Shown here in pieces: positions 55,424 through 64,000 of a stretch of DNA of 64,000 nt. Source of the stretch: an uncultured Actinomycetota bacterium (GTDB lineage: Bacteria > Actinomycetota > Actinomycetes > JAHEKZ01); the NCBI GenBank assembly GCA_963718235.1, contig CAVQYR010000001.1:1312001-1376000 (forward strand), read 5' to 3'. The notes beneath the pieces are model-generated. The model worked only from the letters and a program-made list of their open reading frames with translations, was not told where the DNA came from and searched no databases. A program made the position numbers and the translations under genes. Each line of letters begins with the position of its first letter. The stretch's first letter is position 1.

Positions 55424-57858
55424 CCGGCGGACTGGTGGTGGGTGGCCGCGAGCGCCGGAGGGTACGGGTCAGCGGCGTGGTGCAGGGGGTCGGCTTCCGT
55501 CCCTTCGTCCACCGACTCGCCCATGACCTGAGGCTCGACGGGCACGTCGGCAACGACACCCACGGTGTGTTCGTCGAGGTGGAGGGTCTCCCGCAGCAGC
55601 TGGACGACTTCACCCGACGGCTGACTACCGACGGACCCCCACTGGCGATGGTCGAGTCGGTGGACGTGCAGACCATCGCGTCGCTCGGCACGCATGGGTT
55701 CGTCATCGTCGAGAGCACATCGAGCGGAGGTGGTGCCGACTCGTCACCCAATGTGGCCCTGGTGCCACCGGACACGGCGTGCTGCCCGAGCTGCTGGGCC
55801 GAGACCCTGGACGCCAAGGACCGCCGGTACCGCTACCCGTTCACCGCCTGCACCTACTGCGGTCCCCGGTTCACGATGGTGAAGGGGATCCCCTACGACC
55901 GTCCGTTCACCACCATGGCCGGCTTTCCACTGTGCGACGACTGCGCCGCTGAGTACGAGGACCCGGCGGATCGGCGCTTCCATGCGCAGCCCACCGCCTG
56001 CCCGGCGTGCGGACCCAGGCTGTCGTTCGTGGGCTCCGACGTCGGCCCGGCGCAGGGGCGGGTCGACGGCGCCACCGGCGATGACGCTCTGGCCGAGGCG
56101 TTGGCGGTGCTGCACCGAGGCGGCATCGTCGCCATCAAGGGCGTCGGCGGCTACCACCTCGCGTGTGATGCCACTCGGCCAGAGGTCGTCGAACGACTCC
56201 GTGAGCGCAAGCAGCGCTCCGGAAAGCCGTTCGCGGTGATGGTTTCCGACCTGGACGCTGCACGGCTCCTGGGGCGGGTCGGTCGGACCGCAGGTGCTGC
56301 GCTCATCTCACCGGCCGCCCCGATCGTGTTGATCGACGTCTTCGACAGCCATCTGTCCCGCGTCGTTGCCCGCTCGGTCGCTCCGGGCCAGGACCGGGTC
56401 GGGGTCCTGCTGGCGTACTCACCGCTGCACCGGCTGCTCTTCGAGCCCCACCCGGCGACGGTCGACGGTTCGCGCTGGACGCCCCAGGTCCTGGTGCTGA
56501 CCAGCGCCAACCTCGCCGACGAGCCGATCTGCACCGACCCCGAGGAGGCGGAGCTACGGCTGGCCGGCATCGCCGACGCGTGGTTGCACCACGACCGGCC
56601 GATCCACGTCGCCTGCGACGACTCGGTCGTCCAGCTGGACGACCCAGCTGACGGCCCAGCCGACGACCCAGCGGACGAGTCGATGGTCCGGCCGATCCGT
56701 CGTAGTCGTGGGTACGCACCCCTGCCCGTGCGGCTGCCCTTCACCTCCGGGGCGGCGCTCGCGGTGGGAGGTGAGCTCAAGGCGACGGTCTGCGCGGCGG
56801 TCGGGCAGCACGCCTGGCTCAGCCAGCACCTGGGCGACGTGGCCTCCCGGGAGACCCTCGCGTCGATGCGTCGGGCGGTAGAGGTCCTGCTGTCGCTCAC
56901 CCGCGTCGACCCCGAGGTCATCGTCGCCGACCTGCACCCGGGCTACCTGTCGCGGCGGTGGGCCGAGGAGTACGCACGAGACCGAGGGCTGGGCTGCCTG
57001 CTGGTGCAGCACCATCACGCGCACCTCGCGGCTCTCCTGGCCGAGCACGGGGTCCCGGCTGGCCAGCCGGTGATCGGCTTCGCCTTCGACGGCACCGGCT
57101 ACGGCACCGACGGCACGATCTGGGGCGGTGAGGTGCTGCTCGGGTCCTATGCCTCGGTGGAGCGGGTCGGTCACCTGAAGCCGGTTCCACTACCGGGTGG
57201 CGATGCGGCCATCCGTCGTCCGGCGCGGGTCGCCTTGTCGCACCTTCGGTCCGCAGGTGTGGACTGGGACCCGTCGATCCCCGCCGTGGCCGCCACCGAC
57301 GACGTCGAACGTCGGGTAGTGGCGGGCATGCTGCGCAGCGGGACCGGTTGCGTGCCGACGACCAGCATGGGTCGCCTCTTCGACGCGGTGGCCGCGGTCC
57401 TGGGCGTGTGTCACGACGCCGGGTACGAGGGTCAGGCGGCCGTCGAGCTCGAGGCCGTCAGCCGCACGGCCGGCGCCGACCGGGGCGGCGCTGCGGACGC
57501 ACCCGCCTTGGTCGTCGACGACGACCTCGTGATGGACCCAGGGTCGCTGGTCGCCCGGTGCGTCGCCGACCTGACCGCTGGGGTGGCGGTGCCCCAGGTG
57601 GGGCACGCCTTCCACGTGGCGGTGGCGCGAGCCGTGGTCACGGTCGCCGAGCGGGTTCGTGGCTCGACGGGGGTGGACACGGTGGGGCTGACCGGGGGAG
57701 TGTTCCAGAACAGGCTCCTGACGACGCTCACCCGGGCATCGTTGGAGTCGGCCGGGTTCACCGTGCTGGTCCACCGGACGGTTCCCGCCAACGACGGAGG
57801 CCTGGCCCTGGGGCAGGTCGCAGTGGCAGCCAACGGTGGCGCACAGGAGAGGGTCTGA
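55420..57858 (+). CDS. hypF: Carbamoyltransferase HypF
   Basis: GVVQGVGFRP acylphosphatase motif, zinc fingers, QHHHAH, DGTGYG, NDGGLALGQ. Confidence 0.95.
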   Translation: MTGGLVVGGRERRRVRVSGVVQGVGFRPFVHRLAHDLRLDGHVGNDTHGVFVEVEGLPQQLDDFTRRLTTDGPPLAMVESVDVQTIASLGTHGFVIVESTSSGGGADSSPNVALVPPDTACCPSCWAETLDAKDRRYRYPFTACTYCGPRFTMVKGIPYDRPFTTMAGFPLCDDCAAEYEDPADRRFHAQPTACPACGPRLSFVGSDVGPAQGRVDGATGDDALAEALAVLHRGGIVAIKGVGGYHLACDATRPEVVERLRERKQRSGKPFAVMVSDLDAARLLGRVGRTAGAALISPAAPIVLIDVFDSHLSRVVARSVAPGQDRVGVLLAYSPLHRLLFEPHPATVDGSRWTPQVLVLTSANLADEPICTDPEEAELRLAGIADAWLHHDRPIHVACDDSVVQLDDPADGPADDPADESMVRPIRRSRGYAPLPVRLPFTSGAALAVGGELKATVCAAVGQHAWLSQHLGDVASRETLASMRRAVEVLLSLTRVDPEVIVADLHPGYLSRRWAEEYARDRGLGCLLVQHHHAHLAALLAEHGVPAGQPVIGFAFDGTGYGTDGTIWGGEVLLGSYASVERVGHLKPVPLPGGDAAIRRPARVALSHLRSAGVDWDPSIPAVAATDDVERRVVAGMLRSGTGCVPTTSMGRLFDAVAAVLGVCHDAGYEGQAAVELEAVSRTAGADRGGAADAPALVVDDDLVMDPGSLVARCVADLTAGVAVPQVGHAFHVAVARAVVTVAERVRGSTGVDTVGLTGGVFQNRLLTTLTRASLESAGFTVLVHRTVPANDGGLALGQVAVAANGGAQERV

Positions 57859-57860
57859 CC

Positions 57861-58118
57861 ATGTGTCTGGGAGTACCGGGACGAATCGAGGAGATCTGGG
57901 ATGCCGAAGGCACCCGGATGGCACGGGTCGACTTCGGCGGGGTGAACAAGGACGTGTGTCTGGCGTACCTCCCCGACCTGACCGTCGGCGACTACACGAT
58001 CGTGCACGTGGGGTTCGCGATCAGCCAGGTCGACGAGGCGTCCGCCCAGGAGACGCTGCGCCTGTTCGAGGAGATCGGCGTCCTCGAGGCCGAGCTCGGC
58101 ACCTCCTTCAAGGAGTGA
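57861..58118 (+). CDS. hypC: Hydrogenase chaperone HypC
   Basis: MCLGVPG N-terminus, IVHVGFAI. Confidence 0.95.
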   Translation: MCLGVPGRIEEIWDAEGTRMARVDFGGVNKDVCLAYLPDLTVGDYTIVHVGFAISQVDEASAQETLRLFEEIGVLEAELGTSFKE

Positions 58119-58134
58119 GGCGAGGAGTGAGGCG
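58111..58134 (+). repeat. Perfect 12-bp tandem duplication AGGAGTGAGGCG x2 at the hypC/hypD junction
   Basis: 58111-58122 and 58123-58134 are identical; the unit contains the hypC stop and an RBS. Confidence 0.85.
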
Positions 58135-59253
58135 ATGAAGTACCTGGACGAGTTCAACGACCCCGACCTGGCCCGACGACTGCTCGACGAGATCGCGGCC
58201 ACAGTCACTCGCCCATGGGCGATCATGGAGGTGTGCGGGGGCCAGACGCACACGATCATCCGCAACGGCATCGACCAGCTGCTGCCGGAGCCCGTGCAGC
58301 TGATCCACGGACCCGGGTGTCCGGTGTGCGTCACGCCGCTGGAGATCATCGACAAGGCCCTGGCGATCGCCGCTCGGCCCGACGTCATCTTCTGCTCGTT
58401 CGGGGACATGCTGCGGGTTCCCGGCAGCCAGCAGGACCTGTTCGCCGTCAAGTCGCAGGGGGGCGACGTCCGGGTCGTCTACTCCCCGCTGGACGCCGTC
58501 CGGATCGCCCAGGCCAACCCGGACAGGCAGGTGGTCTTCTTCGGGATCGGCTTCGAGACCACCGCACCGGCCAACGCGATGACGGTCCACCTGGCCAAGA
58601 CGCAGCACATCGAGAACTTCTCGGTGCTGGTGTCCCACGTCCTCGTGCCGCCGGCCATCACCGCCCTGATGGAGGCACCGGAGCGGCGGGTGCAGGGGTT
58701 CCTGGCCGCGGGGCACGTCTGCGCGGTGATGGGTATGAGCCAGTACGTGCCACTGGTCGAGAAGTACCACGTGCCGATCGTGGTGACCGGGTTCGAGCCG
58801 CTCGACGTCCTCGAAGGCATCCGGCGCACGCTGCTGCAGCTCGAGCAGGGCCGGGCCGAGCTGGAGAACGCGTACCCCCGTGCAGTGACCTTCGAGGGCA
58901 ACGTGCGAGCCCAGGAGATGGTGCACGACGTCTTCGAGGTGACCGACCGGGCGTGGCGTGGGATCGGCCTGATCCCGGCCAGCGGGTGGCGGCTCTCGGC
59001 GCGCTACTCCGACTATGACGCTGAGCAGCGGTTCGACGTCAGCGACATCCGGACCCAGGAGTCGGGGCTGTGCCGGAGCGGTGAGGTTCTGCAAGGCCTG
59101 ATCAAGCCGAACGAGTGCGCCGCCTTCGGCAAGGAGTGCACGCCGCGTGCCCCGCTCGGCGCGCCCATGGTGTCCAGTGAGGGTGCCTGTGCCGCCTACT
59201 ACCAGTTCCGGCGACTCGAGAGCCCGGTTCTCGCCCCGGGAGTCGCGCAGTGA
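58135..59253 (+). CDS. hypD: Hydrogenase maturation protein HypD
   Basis: [29 protein letters not shown]. Confidence 0.96.
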   Translation: MKYLDEFNDPDLARRLLDEIAATVTRPWAIMEVCGGQTHTIIRNGIDQLLPEPVQLIHGPGCPVCVTPLEIIDKALAIAARPDVIFCSFGDMLRVPGSQQDLFAVKSQGGDVRVVYSPLDAVRIAQANPDRQVVFFGIGFETTAPANAMTVHLAKTQHIENFSVLVSHVLVPPAITALMEAPERRVQGFLAAGHVCAVMGMSQYVPLVEKYHVPIVVTGFEPLDVLEGIRRTLLQLEQGRAELENAYPRAVTFEGNVRAQEMVHDVFEVTDRAWRGIGLIPASGWRLSARYSDYDAEQRFDVSDIRTQESGLCRSGEVLQGLIKPNECAAFGKECTPRAPLGAPMVSSEGACAAYYQFRRLESPVLAPGVAQ

Positions 59254-59260
59254 GGATCCG

Positions 59261-60343
59261 ATGACCCAGCCGACGGATGCACCAGCGGTCGACCTGGTCA
59301 ACTGGTCGTGTCCGCTCCCGCTGCGCGACTCGCCCCGGATCGTGATGGGGCACGGGGGCGGAGGTCGACTGTCCGCCGAGCTCGTGGAGCACCTGTTCGT
59401 GCCGGCCTTCTCCCCAGGCGACGACTCGGCCCTGGCCCGGCTCGGTGACTCCGCGGTCGTCCCGGTCGGGGCCCAGCGCCTGGCTGTCACCACCGACTCC
59501 TACGTGGTGCGACCACGGTGGTTCCCCGGGGGCAGCATCGGCGACTTGGCGGTGAACGGCACGGTCAACGACCTCGCGATGATGGGTGCCCGACCGTTGT
59601 ACCTGACCGTGGGGTTCATCCTCGAGGAGGGTCTGGAGGTTGCCGAGCTGGGGCGGATCGTCGAGGTCATGGGCCACGCGGCCCGTGAGGCAGGGGTGAC
59701 CATCGTCGCGGGCGACACCAAGGTGGTCGACGCCGGTCATGGCGACGGGGTGTACGTCAACACCGCCGGCGTCGGGGTCGTTGCGAACGAGGTCGCCATC
59801 GGCCCTGAGCGGGCCCGACCCGGTGACGTCGTGATCGTGAGCGGACCGATCGGCATGCATGGCATCGCCGTGCTCAGTGTTCGCGACGGGCTGGAGTTCG
59901 GCAGCGAGATCGCCTCGGACAGCGCACCGCTGGGCGGGCTCGTCGCCCAGCTGGTCGACGCTGGCGTCGACCTGCACGTGCTGCGCGACCCGACGCGTGG
60001 CGGCCTGGCTGCCACGCTCAACGAGATCGCGGTCGCCTCAGCGGTGGGCGTGGCGATCGAGGAACGGCTGGTCCCGGTGCCCGACGACGTTCGGGCTGCC
60101 TGCGGCTTCCTGGGTCTCGATCCCCTGTACGTGGCGAACGAGGGCAAGCTGGTGGCGTTCGTCGCACCGCAGGACGCCGAGCGGGCACTGGGGCTCATGC
60201 GGGCTCATCGATACGGACAGGACGCCACGGTGATCGGTGAGGTGACCGGCGACCACCCGGGTCTTGTGGTGGCCCGCACGGGCATCGGCGGCACCCGCGT
60301 CGTCGACCTGCCCCTGGCCGAGCAGCTGCCGCGGATCTGCTGA
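59261..60343 (+). CDS. hypE: Carbamoyl dehydratase HypE
   Basis: GHGGGG, GTVNDLAM, GDTKVV, RDPTRGG, C-terminal PRIC. Confidence 0.96.
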   Translation: MTQPTDAPAVDLVNWSCPLPLRDSPRIVMGHGGGGRLSAELVEHLFVPAFSPGDDSALARLGDSAVVPVGAQRLAVTTDSYVVRPRWFPGGSIGDLAVNGTVNDLAMMGARPLYLTVGFILEEGLEVAELGRIVEVMGHAAREAGVTIVAGDTKVVDAGHGDGVYVNTAGVGVVANEVAIGPERARPGDVVIVSGPIGMHGIAVLSVRDGLEFGSEIASDSAPLGGLVAQLVDAGVDLHVLRDPTRGGLAATLNEIAVASAVGVAIEERLVPVPDDVRAACGFLGLDPLYVANEGKLVAFVAPQDAERALGLMRAHRYGQDATVIGEVTGDHPGLVVARTGIGGTRVVDLPLAEQLPRIC

Positions 60344-60368
60344 GGTCGGCCGCCCGTCAGTCGGTGTG

Positions 60369-61292
60369 TCAGTCCTTGTGCTTCTTCTTGGCGGCGTGGT
60401 CCTCCTCGACCCTTCCGGCGTGGTTGGGCACGTAGAGGAACTCCTCGCGGGGCGGACGCTGGTAGCCGCGAGGGGCCGGCCGGGGCGGCAGGGCCAGGGC
60501 CGGGCGGCGCTCCTCGTGGTAGGGCAGCGTCGACAGGAGGTGGGCGATCACGTTGACCCGGGCGCTTCTCTTGTCGTCGGCCTCCACGACGTTCCACCGG
60601 GCCTCGGGGATGTCGGTGTGGACGAACATCTCGTCCTTGGCCCGGGAGTAGTCCTCCCAGCGGGTGATCGACTCGAGGTCCATCGGCGACAGCTTCCAGC
60701 GCCGCATCGGGTCCTCCAGCCTCGAGCGGAACCGGCGCTCCTGCTCGGCGTCGCTCACGCTGAACCAGTACTTGCGCAGCTGGATCCCGTCCTCGACCAG
60801 CATCCGCTCGAAGATCGGCGCCTGGTGCAGGAACCGCCGGTACTCCATGTCCGTGCAGAAGCCCATGACCCGCTCGACGCCGGCCCGGTTGTACCAGCTG
60901 CGGTCCAGGAGCACGATCTCGCCAGCCGCGGGCAGCTCCTCGACGTAGCGCTGGAAGTACCACTGGGTGCGCTGGCGCTCGGTGGGCGCCGGGAGGGCTG
61001 CGATCCGGGTGATCCGGGGGTTCAGGAACTGCGCGATCCGCTTGATCGTGCCGCCCTTGCCCGCAGCGTCCCGGCCCTCGAAGACGACCACGAGGCGCTG
61101 CCCCTCGGTGCGCACCCACTCCTGCATCGTGACGAGCTCGGACTGCAGCCGGAAGAGCTCCTTCTCGTAGAGCTTCTTCGGCATCCGGGACGGGATGTCC
61201 TCCGGGTCACCGGGCCCGTCGCCGTTCAACGGTTCGTCGACGAAGCCCTCACCGGGGTCGAAATGCCTGCTGTGCTCGCTCCTGGTCACCAC
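60369..61292 (-). CDS. ppk2: Polyphosphate kinase 2
   Basis: EGRDAAGKGG, QWYFQRY, DRSWYNRAGVERVMGF, WKLSPMD. Confidence 0.95.
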   Translation of the reverse strand: MVTRSEHSRHFDPGEGFVDEPLNGDGPGDPEDIPSRMPKKLYEKELFRLQSELVTMQEWVRTEGQRLVVVFEGRDAAGKGGTIKRIAQFLNPRITRIAALPAPTERQRTQWYFQRYVEELPAAGEIVLLDRSWYNRAGVERVMGFCTDMEYRRFLHQAPIFERMLVEDGIQLRKYWFSVSDAEQERRFRSRLEDPMRRWKLSPMDLESITRWEDYSRAKDEMFVHTDIPEARWNVVEADDKRSARVNVIAHLLSTLPYHEERRPALALPPRPAPRGYQRPPREEFLYVPNHAGRVEEDHAAKKKHKD

Positions 61293-61388
61293 GCCTCACT
61301 TCGTTCACCGACCGTTTACCTGGGAGCGAATGTAGTGGTCGGGCCGGAGGTGCGCAGGACACCCACCGGATCCGCCCACGTCTGGGGG

Positions 61389-64000
61389 TCAGGCGTCGCC
61401 CATCCCGGCCCCAGGATCGGCGGCGCGCACGTCACCCAGCTGGTAGGCGTCGAAGGCCTTCTTCGTGGTGCCCGGGTCGACCTCACCCCGACGCTCCAGC
61501 TCCTGCAGCGCGCGCACGGTGATCGACTCGGCATCGACCCGGAAGTGCCGACGCAGGGCGCCGCGGGTGTCGGAGAGCCCGAACCCGTCGGTGCCCAAGG
61601 TGGCGTAGTCGCCGGGGACCCACGGCCGGATGAGCTCCTGGACGGCGCGCATGTAGTCCGACACGGCCACGACCGGGCCGGGTCGCCCGGACAGGCTTCG
61701 GGCCACGAAGGCGGTTCGCCGCTCCTGGTCGGGGTTCATCAGGTTCCACGCGTCGGCGTTCAGCCCGTCGCGGTGCAGCTCGGTCCACGAGGTGACCGAC
61801 CACACGTCGGCGGACACGCCCCACTCCTCGGCGAGCAGCTGCTGGGCGCGCAGCGCCCACGGCATGGCCGAGCCACTCGCGAGCAGCTGAGCCTGCGGGC
61901 CTCCGAGGGGGACCGCGGGACGGTACAGGTAGAGACCTCGCAACAGCCCGTAGACGTCGAGGTCCGGGGGCTGTGCCGGCTGGTGGATCGGTTCGTTGTA
62001 CGCCGTCAGGTAGTAGTAGACGTTCTCGCTGTCCGGCCCGTACATGCGCCGCAGCCCGTCCTGGACGATGTGCCCGACCTCGAACGCGAACGACGGGTCA
62101 TAGGCGAGCACGGCCGGGTTGGTGGCGGCGAGCAAGTGGGAGTGGCCGTCCTCGTGCTGGAGCCCTTCGCCGTTCAGCGTGGTGCGTCCGGCCGTGGCAC
62201 CGATCAGGAAGCCACGGGTCATCTGGTCCGCGGCTGCCCAGAACTCGTCGGCGGTGCGCTGGAACCCGAACATCGAGTAGAAGATGTACACGGGGATCAT
62301 CGGCTCGTCGTGCGTGGCGTACGAGGTGCCAGCCGCGATGAACGAGGCGGCGGACCCGGCCTCGTTGATCCCCTGGTGCAGGATCTGGCCGTCCTTGGCC
62401 TCCTTGTAGGACAGCATCAGCTCGCGGTCGACCGACAGGTACGTCTGACCGTGCGGGTTGTAGATCTTCTGCACGGGGAACATCGCGTCCATGCCGAAGG
62501 TGCGCGCCTCGTCGGGGATGATCGGGACGATCCGGGGCCCGATCACGGGGTCCTTCAGCAGGTCCTTGACCAGCCGCACGAAGGCCATGGTCGTGGCCAC
62601 CTGCTGCTTGCCCGAGCCGCGGCGCACCACCTCGTACACCGGGTCGGCCGGCAACGTGAGCGGCCGGCTGGTGCCCTGCCGACGAGGGACGAACCCCCCG
62701 AGAGCGGCCCGGCGCTCGTGCAGGTAGCGCGCGACGTCGCTGTCCGCGCCCGGGTGGTAGTACGGCGGCAGCTTGGCGTCGAGGTGCTCGTCGTCGATCG
62801 GGATCTGCAGTCGGTCGCGGAACGCCTTCAGGTCGTCGAGGCCGAGCTTCTTCATCTGGTGGGTCGAGTTGCGTCCCTCGAAGTGCGATCCGAGCGTGTA
62901 GCCCTTGATCGTCTTGGCGAGGATGACCGTCGGCTGGCCCTTGTGCTCCACGGCTGAGAGGTAGGCGGCATAGAGCTTTCGGTAGTCGTGCCCGCCCCGC
63001 CTGAGCTTCCAGATCTCGTCGTCGCTCATCGACTCGACGAGCCGGCGCGCGCGGGGGTCGCGGCCGAAGAAGTTCTCGCGGATGAAGGCGCCGTCTTCGG
63101 CCTTGAACGTCTGGAAGTCGCCGTCGGGCGTGGTGTTCATGATGTTCACCAGGGCTCCGTCGGAGTCCTGGGCCAGCAGCGGGTCCCAGTTACGGCCCCA
63201 GATGACCTTCACCACGTTCCAGCCGGCGCCGCGGAAGTAGGCCTCCAGCTCCTGGATGATCTTGCCGTTGCCACGGACCGGGCCGTCGAGACGCTGCAGG
63301 TTGCAGTTGATGACGAACGTGAGGTTGTCCAGCTCCTCCCGGGCGGCGAGACCGATGGCCCCGATCGACTCGACCTCGTCCATCTCGCCGTCACCGAGGA
63401 ACGCCCACACACGCTGGTCGGTGGTGTCCTTGATGCCGCGGTTGTGCAGGTACCGGTTGAACTGCGCCTGGTAGACCGCGTCGAGCGGTCCGAGTCCCAT
63501 GGATACCGTCGGGAACTCCCAGAAGTCCGGCATCAGCCGTGGGTGCGGGTACGACGACAGCCCACCGCCTGGGTGGGACAGCTCCTGACGGAAGCCGTCC
63601 AGCTGATGCTCGGTCATCCGACCCTCGAGGAACGCCCGCGCGTAGATGCCCGGGGCGGCATGACCCTGGAAGTAGACCTGGTCACCGCCGCCGGGGTGTT
63701 CACGCCCACGGAAGAAGTGGTTGAAGCCGACCTCGTACAGGGAGGCGCTGGAGGCGTAGGTCGAGATGTGCCCGCCGACTCCCACACCTTCGCGCTGGGC
63801 CCGGTGGACCATGATCGCGGCGTTCCAGCGGATGTAGGCGCGGATGCGCCGCTCGACCCACTCGTCGCCGGGGAACCACGGCTCCTGGTCGGGTGTGATC
63901 GTGTTGATGTAGTCGGTCGTGGTGAGCGACGGGACGCCGACGTTCCGCTCGCGGGCCCGTTGCAGGAGGCTGAGCATCAGGTAGCGAGCCCGGTAGGCCC
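61389..64000 (-). CDS. aceE: Pyruvate dehydrogenase E1 homodimeric subunit (partial; 5' end outside the window)
   Basis: [49 protein letters not shown]. Confidence 0.96.
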   Translation of the reverse strand, partial: AYRARYLMLSLLQRARERNVGVPSLTTTDYINTITPDQEPWFPGDEWVERRIRAYIRWNAAIMVHRAQREGVGVGGHISTYASSASLYEVGFNHFFRGREHPGGGDQVYFQGHAAPGIYARAFLEGRMTEHQLDGFRQELSHPGGGLSSYPHPRLMPDFWEFPTVSMGLGPLDAVYQAQFNRYLHNRGIKDTTDQRVWAFLGDGEMDEVESIGAIGLAAREELDNLTFVINCNLQRLDGPVRGNGKIIQELEAYFRGAGWNVVKVIWGRNWDPLLAQDSDGALVNIMNTTPDGDFQTFKAEDGAFIRENFFGRDPRARRLVESMSDDEIWKLRRGGHDYRKLYAAYLSAVEHKGQPTVILAKTIKGYTLGSHFEGRNSTHQMKKLGLDDLKAFRDRLQIPIDDEHLDAKLPPYYHPGADSDVARYLHERRAALGGFVPRRQGTSRPLTLPADPVYEVVRRGSGKQQVATTMAFVRLVKDLLKDPVIGPRIVPIIPDEARTFGMDAMFPVQKIYNPHGQTYLSVDRELMLSYKEAKDGQILHQGINEAGSAASFIAAGTSYATHDEPMIPVYIFYSMFGFQRTADEFWAAADQMTRGFLIGATAGRTTLNGEGLQHEDGHSHLLAATNPAVLAYDPSFAFEVGHIVQDGLRRMYGPDSENVYYYLTAYNEPIHQPAQPPDLDVYGLLRGLYLYRPAVPLGGPQAQLLASGSAMPWALRAQQLLAEEWGVSADVWSVTSWTELHRDGLNADAWNLMNPDQERRTAFVARSLSGRPGPVVAVSDYMRAVQELIRPWVPGDYATLGTDGFGLSDTRGALRRHFRVDAESITVRALQELERRGEVDPGTTKKAFDAYQLGDVRAADPGAGMGDA

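Noticed and set aside
1-64000. CRISPR array, IS element, prophage or defence system
   Set aside because: No regularly spaced repeats, and no transposase, phage or recognisable defence motifs were seen.

Overview
High-GC actinobacterial chromosome segment. From left to right: (1) a divergent urease-family pair (fused ureAB plus partial ureC) and a tRNA with a CAT anticodon (probably Ile2). (2) An ~11.7 kb accessory-looking block: Baeyer-Villiger monooxygenase, glutamine-synthetase-like ligase and HSL esterase; PPTase, M1 peptidase and a Pls-type membrane NRPS (epsilon-poly-L-lysine synthetase-like); a flavodoxin-like gene; a nitrilase; then a truncated second copy of the flavodoxin gene. (3) Assorted metabolic genes and a triply frameshifted flavin oxidoreductase. 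(4) An IclR-associated carnitine/betainyl-CoA catabolic cluster interrupted by an inverted thioesterase paralogue. (5) Envelope and housekeeping genes, then the fasR-fabD-fabH-acpP-fabF-accD fatty-acid operon. (6) A complete Huc-like group 2a [NiFe]-hydrogenase locus (hucM-like, hypA, hypB, small and large subunits, protease, accessory genes, hypFCDE), followed by ppk2 and partial aceE. The most notable observations are a DosR/DevR-like box in activator position upstream of the hydrogenase operon, two Arg substitutions in conserved large-subunit motifs, the inverted thioesterase insertion flanked by TCATG, and the BVMO/glutamyl-ligase/esterase trio. All calls come from reading motifs by eye; no database search was run.
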